A stretch of 64,000 nucleotides of DNA from Setoptus koraiensis (Eukaryota; Animalia; Arthropoda). Where the stretch lies: assembly GCA_048013815.1 (NCBI GenBank), contig CM106585.1, positions 23,188,001 to 23,252,000 on the forward strand, read 5' to 3'. Position 1 is the stretch's first letter, and each line of letters opens with the position of its first letter. The position numbers and the translations under genes were made by a program. This document shows, one piece after another, positions 61,467 through 64,000 of the stretch. The notes under the pieces were generated by a model. It did not search any database. It was not told where the DNA came from and was given only the letters and a program-made list of their open reading frames with translations.

Positions 61467-63087
61467 GTCCTTGCATCTTGCTTCCAGTGAGAAACCTGAG
61501 CTCTCCATGTTGTTTACAGTGCTTCTCGTCACGGTGCTTATCTGGTTATATAAATTGAACTAACAGATTACTATTCCCTGTGTGTCTATGCGTTTTGTGT
61601 ATCTGTGTGAAAGAGGAAAAAATATTAACGCTGAACAGCGTCAATAAACAAAGAAGACCATGAAATTGGTATTAGCCTGTGTGTACTTGTTGCTGCTGTT
61701 ATTGTTATTGCCGTTGTTGATGCTGTTGTTATTCTAGTCTTGCTTGTTGTTATAACTTATAACACACACACACAGCAATATTCCTTCCCTTCTTTTCGGG
61801 TTACATCCGTCAATTAGTCACAACGAAACGGGACGCACCATTGAATTGTTTGACTTCAATCCTTTTGCTGATGCTCGACGTGAATGCTGTCGATATGAGT
61901 TTGTCCAAGTTCAATCCAGTTTTATTGGTGAGGGATAAAAACAAATGTTAAACTCAACACCCACTGCTACCATCTTTGAGCACCTACAATCTATATTTGT
62001 ACATATCCATTGTTGTTTTGTTTGCATCTTTTCAGCAGCAGCAGTAAATTTTTCTCGAAATGCTCACCCAATAAGAGCGGCCATAGTAAACTGCTTTTGT
62101 CGAATAAACAAATATATTTGTTTTTTTTTTTTGAGGGGGGGGGGGGGAGGAGGCAGGCATAATTTGTCTTTTCGTCAATCCGTCTCGTCATTTCAGATGT
62201 GTTTTGGTTTCGGCTCCATAAATGATGGATAACCAGCAGGAATAAACACCGACAACAAAACAAGTCAAAACACAAAGTCTTGCGTTGTCATTGTTAATTG
62301 ATAAGATACTAGATTAGTATGAAGCCAGTTTAGAGTGTCTATTTGCCTGTTACATTGACAATAAAGATAGTAATCCATGTATTAGCTACCTCCATCTATG
62401 CTATTTCCAGTGTTGTCGCTCCATAATCAATTCAGGTTGTGCGTCAATTTTGAGGTCAATGCAAATATTCGTTCGATAAACGAGTTAGCTAAGCGAGTCT
62501 CTGAGTAGGTGAACATCGTTCGAGTGAGACATTATGTTGAGAGATGGAATTGAATCCGGACAATTGGAGTAGCGTTTTTTGCTTGCGTTGTTACTCCCCG
62601 TTCGCTCTTTCTCTCTTTCTCCCTCTGTCATTTTTTATCCGTTTGGTGGCGACTGTATAATCTCGTTTTCAATTGTATACCAACAAAAACAACTTAATGA
62701 AAACGTATAAACAACACAACGGACGCAAACGATTCTTTGTATAGCATAATCTAGAATTCAGATTTTAAAACAAAACCCGTGAGAAGCTCGCTTTCCACAC
62801 TATTTAACCATTAGTATACATGTTTACTGTGAGCACTGTTTGCGCCAACGAGATCACACGAATTAAGCTTAATATTGAGCTGGCTGGCTGGCTGACTCAA
62901 CTTGTTGAGTCCGGTCCGGTGTAGTTGTCGTGTGCACTGTTGAGCATTGGACATAACAGCCCCTAGTTGGCGAATCTTTTCATTCGTTACACGATGGCAG
63001 CACACGATGGCGGCAACAATTTATGGCCTGTTGTTGCTTAGCCTGTTGTTATGCCCGATGCGAACCTTCTCCAAACAGTTCGCTGTG

Positions 63088-63118
<31 letters not shown>

Positions 63119-64000
63119 TGCCCCCGTATGCTTGCCCCCCTTGAGCCTCCGGTTGGTCTGGTTGCGATGCAACAGCCATTGTATACGTGAGTCCCGTCGC
63201 ACTTCGGCCATGGTTGCGAGCTTGCGTGGAAGCAACGAGTTGTTGTTGTTGTTGCATACCGGATCGGATTGGGTGATAGGCAACCGCACACACACACACA
63301 CACACACACCGACTGCTGAGCATTCAATTGCATTCTGCATCGCAGACGAACAGAGCGAATTGCTCGAGTGAGATCACATACAGCTACACACAATACACAT
63401 TAGTTCGCTACGTTAGAGAGGAAAGGCGCATGGCTGCTGGTATGTTTGCCTTGCAACGAGAGCGCATATAGAAAGTTCGATCAGACAGCGAGACGAGCAG
63501 CACATGGAACAACCATTAGAGAACAACGAGAGAGCAAAAGTAATTTGAGGCGAATCGCTGAAACAGTTCGATGATGAGCCGCCAAAGTTGCCGCCGTTGC
63601 TGTTATAACAATAGTCAAGTTGAGTTTATTTAACATTGCCAACGTGTTATCGCCACCATAATACACACATAGAATCACAACAATAATGTACAGTCATGTA
63701 CGCGTTATGTAGGCGCTAATTGATAGTCAACAACAACAGCACGCGAAAATGACTCACAACAAATATAGAGAAAAAGTTTTATTTTAAATGAAAAAAAGAA
63801 GAAGAAGAAAGAGTTGCGAATAGTCGCATTGCCATCACAGCCACATTTCGTACAATGGGATGAAGATAATGCTTATATTTTATCTCGTTATCTCATATCA
63901 GTCATAGTGTAATTAACGTCCTGCACCAAATAAGATCATATTCTAATTAGTTTCAGCTGAAAAATTGAAATAAATCATCATTTGCAGTATATACGTGACA

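Overview
Eukaryotic, gene-dense, intron-poor animal DNA. It is most consistent with an acariform mite, possibly an eriophyoid (inferred from the group-11-allergen-like paramyosin N-terminus, a chelicerate-type cuticle protein and multi-kb single exons). Many ORF-track starts are TTG/GTG artefacts and were corrected here. Genes at 2-40 kb: a 7-exon secreted protein with three 10-Cys modules, paramyosin, muscle LIM protein, TSEN54, USP6NL/RN-tre, an orphan Leu/Arg-rich secreted or membrane protein, myosin IX, thymidylate synthase, TIM44, an R&R cuticle protein and myosin V. At 44.6-48.4 kb is a 3.7 kb non-autonomous Ty3/gypsy-derived LTR element, the most unusual object in the window. Its Gag is fused in frame to the integrase GPY/F tail with no PR/RT/RNaseH/IN core. 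It also has a palindrome-flanked 12-bp array, a second ORF encoding RING-Zn finger-ubiquitin-like domains, five long palindromes all centred on GAAATTTC, and LTRs that share an identical 119-bp 3' part but differ in U3. Two related MITE-like elements are present. A 500-N gap is followed by about 15 kb of microsatellite-rich DNA with no recognisable gene. No rRNA, tRNA or CRISPR was found.
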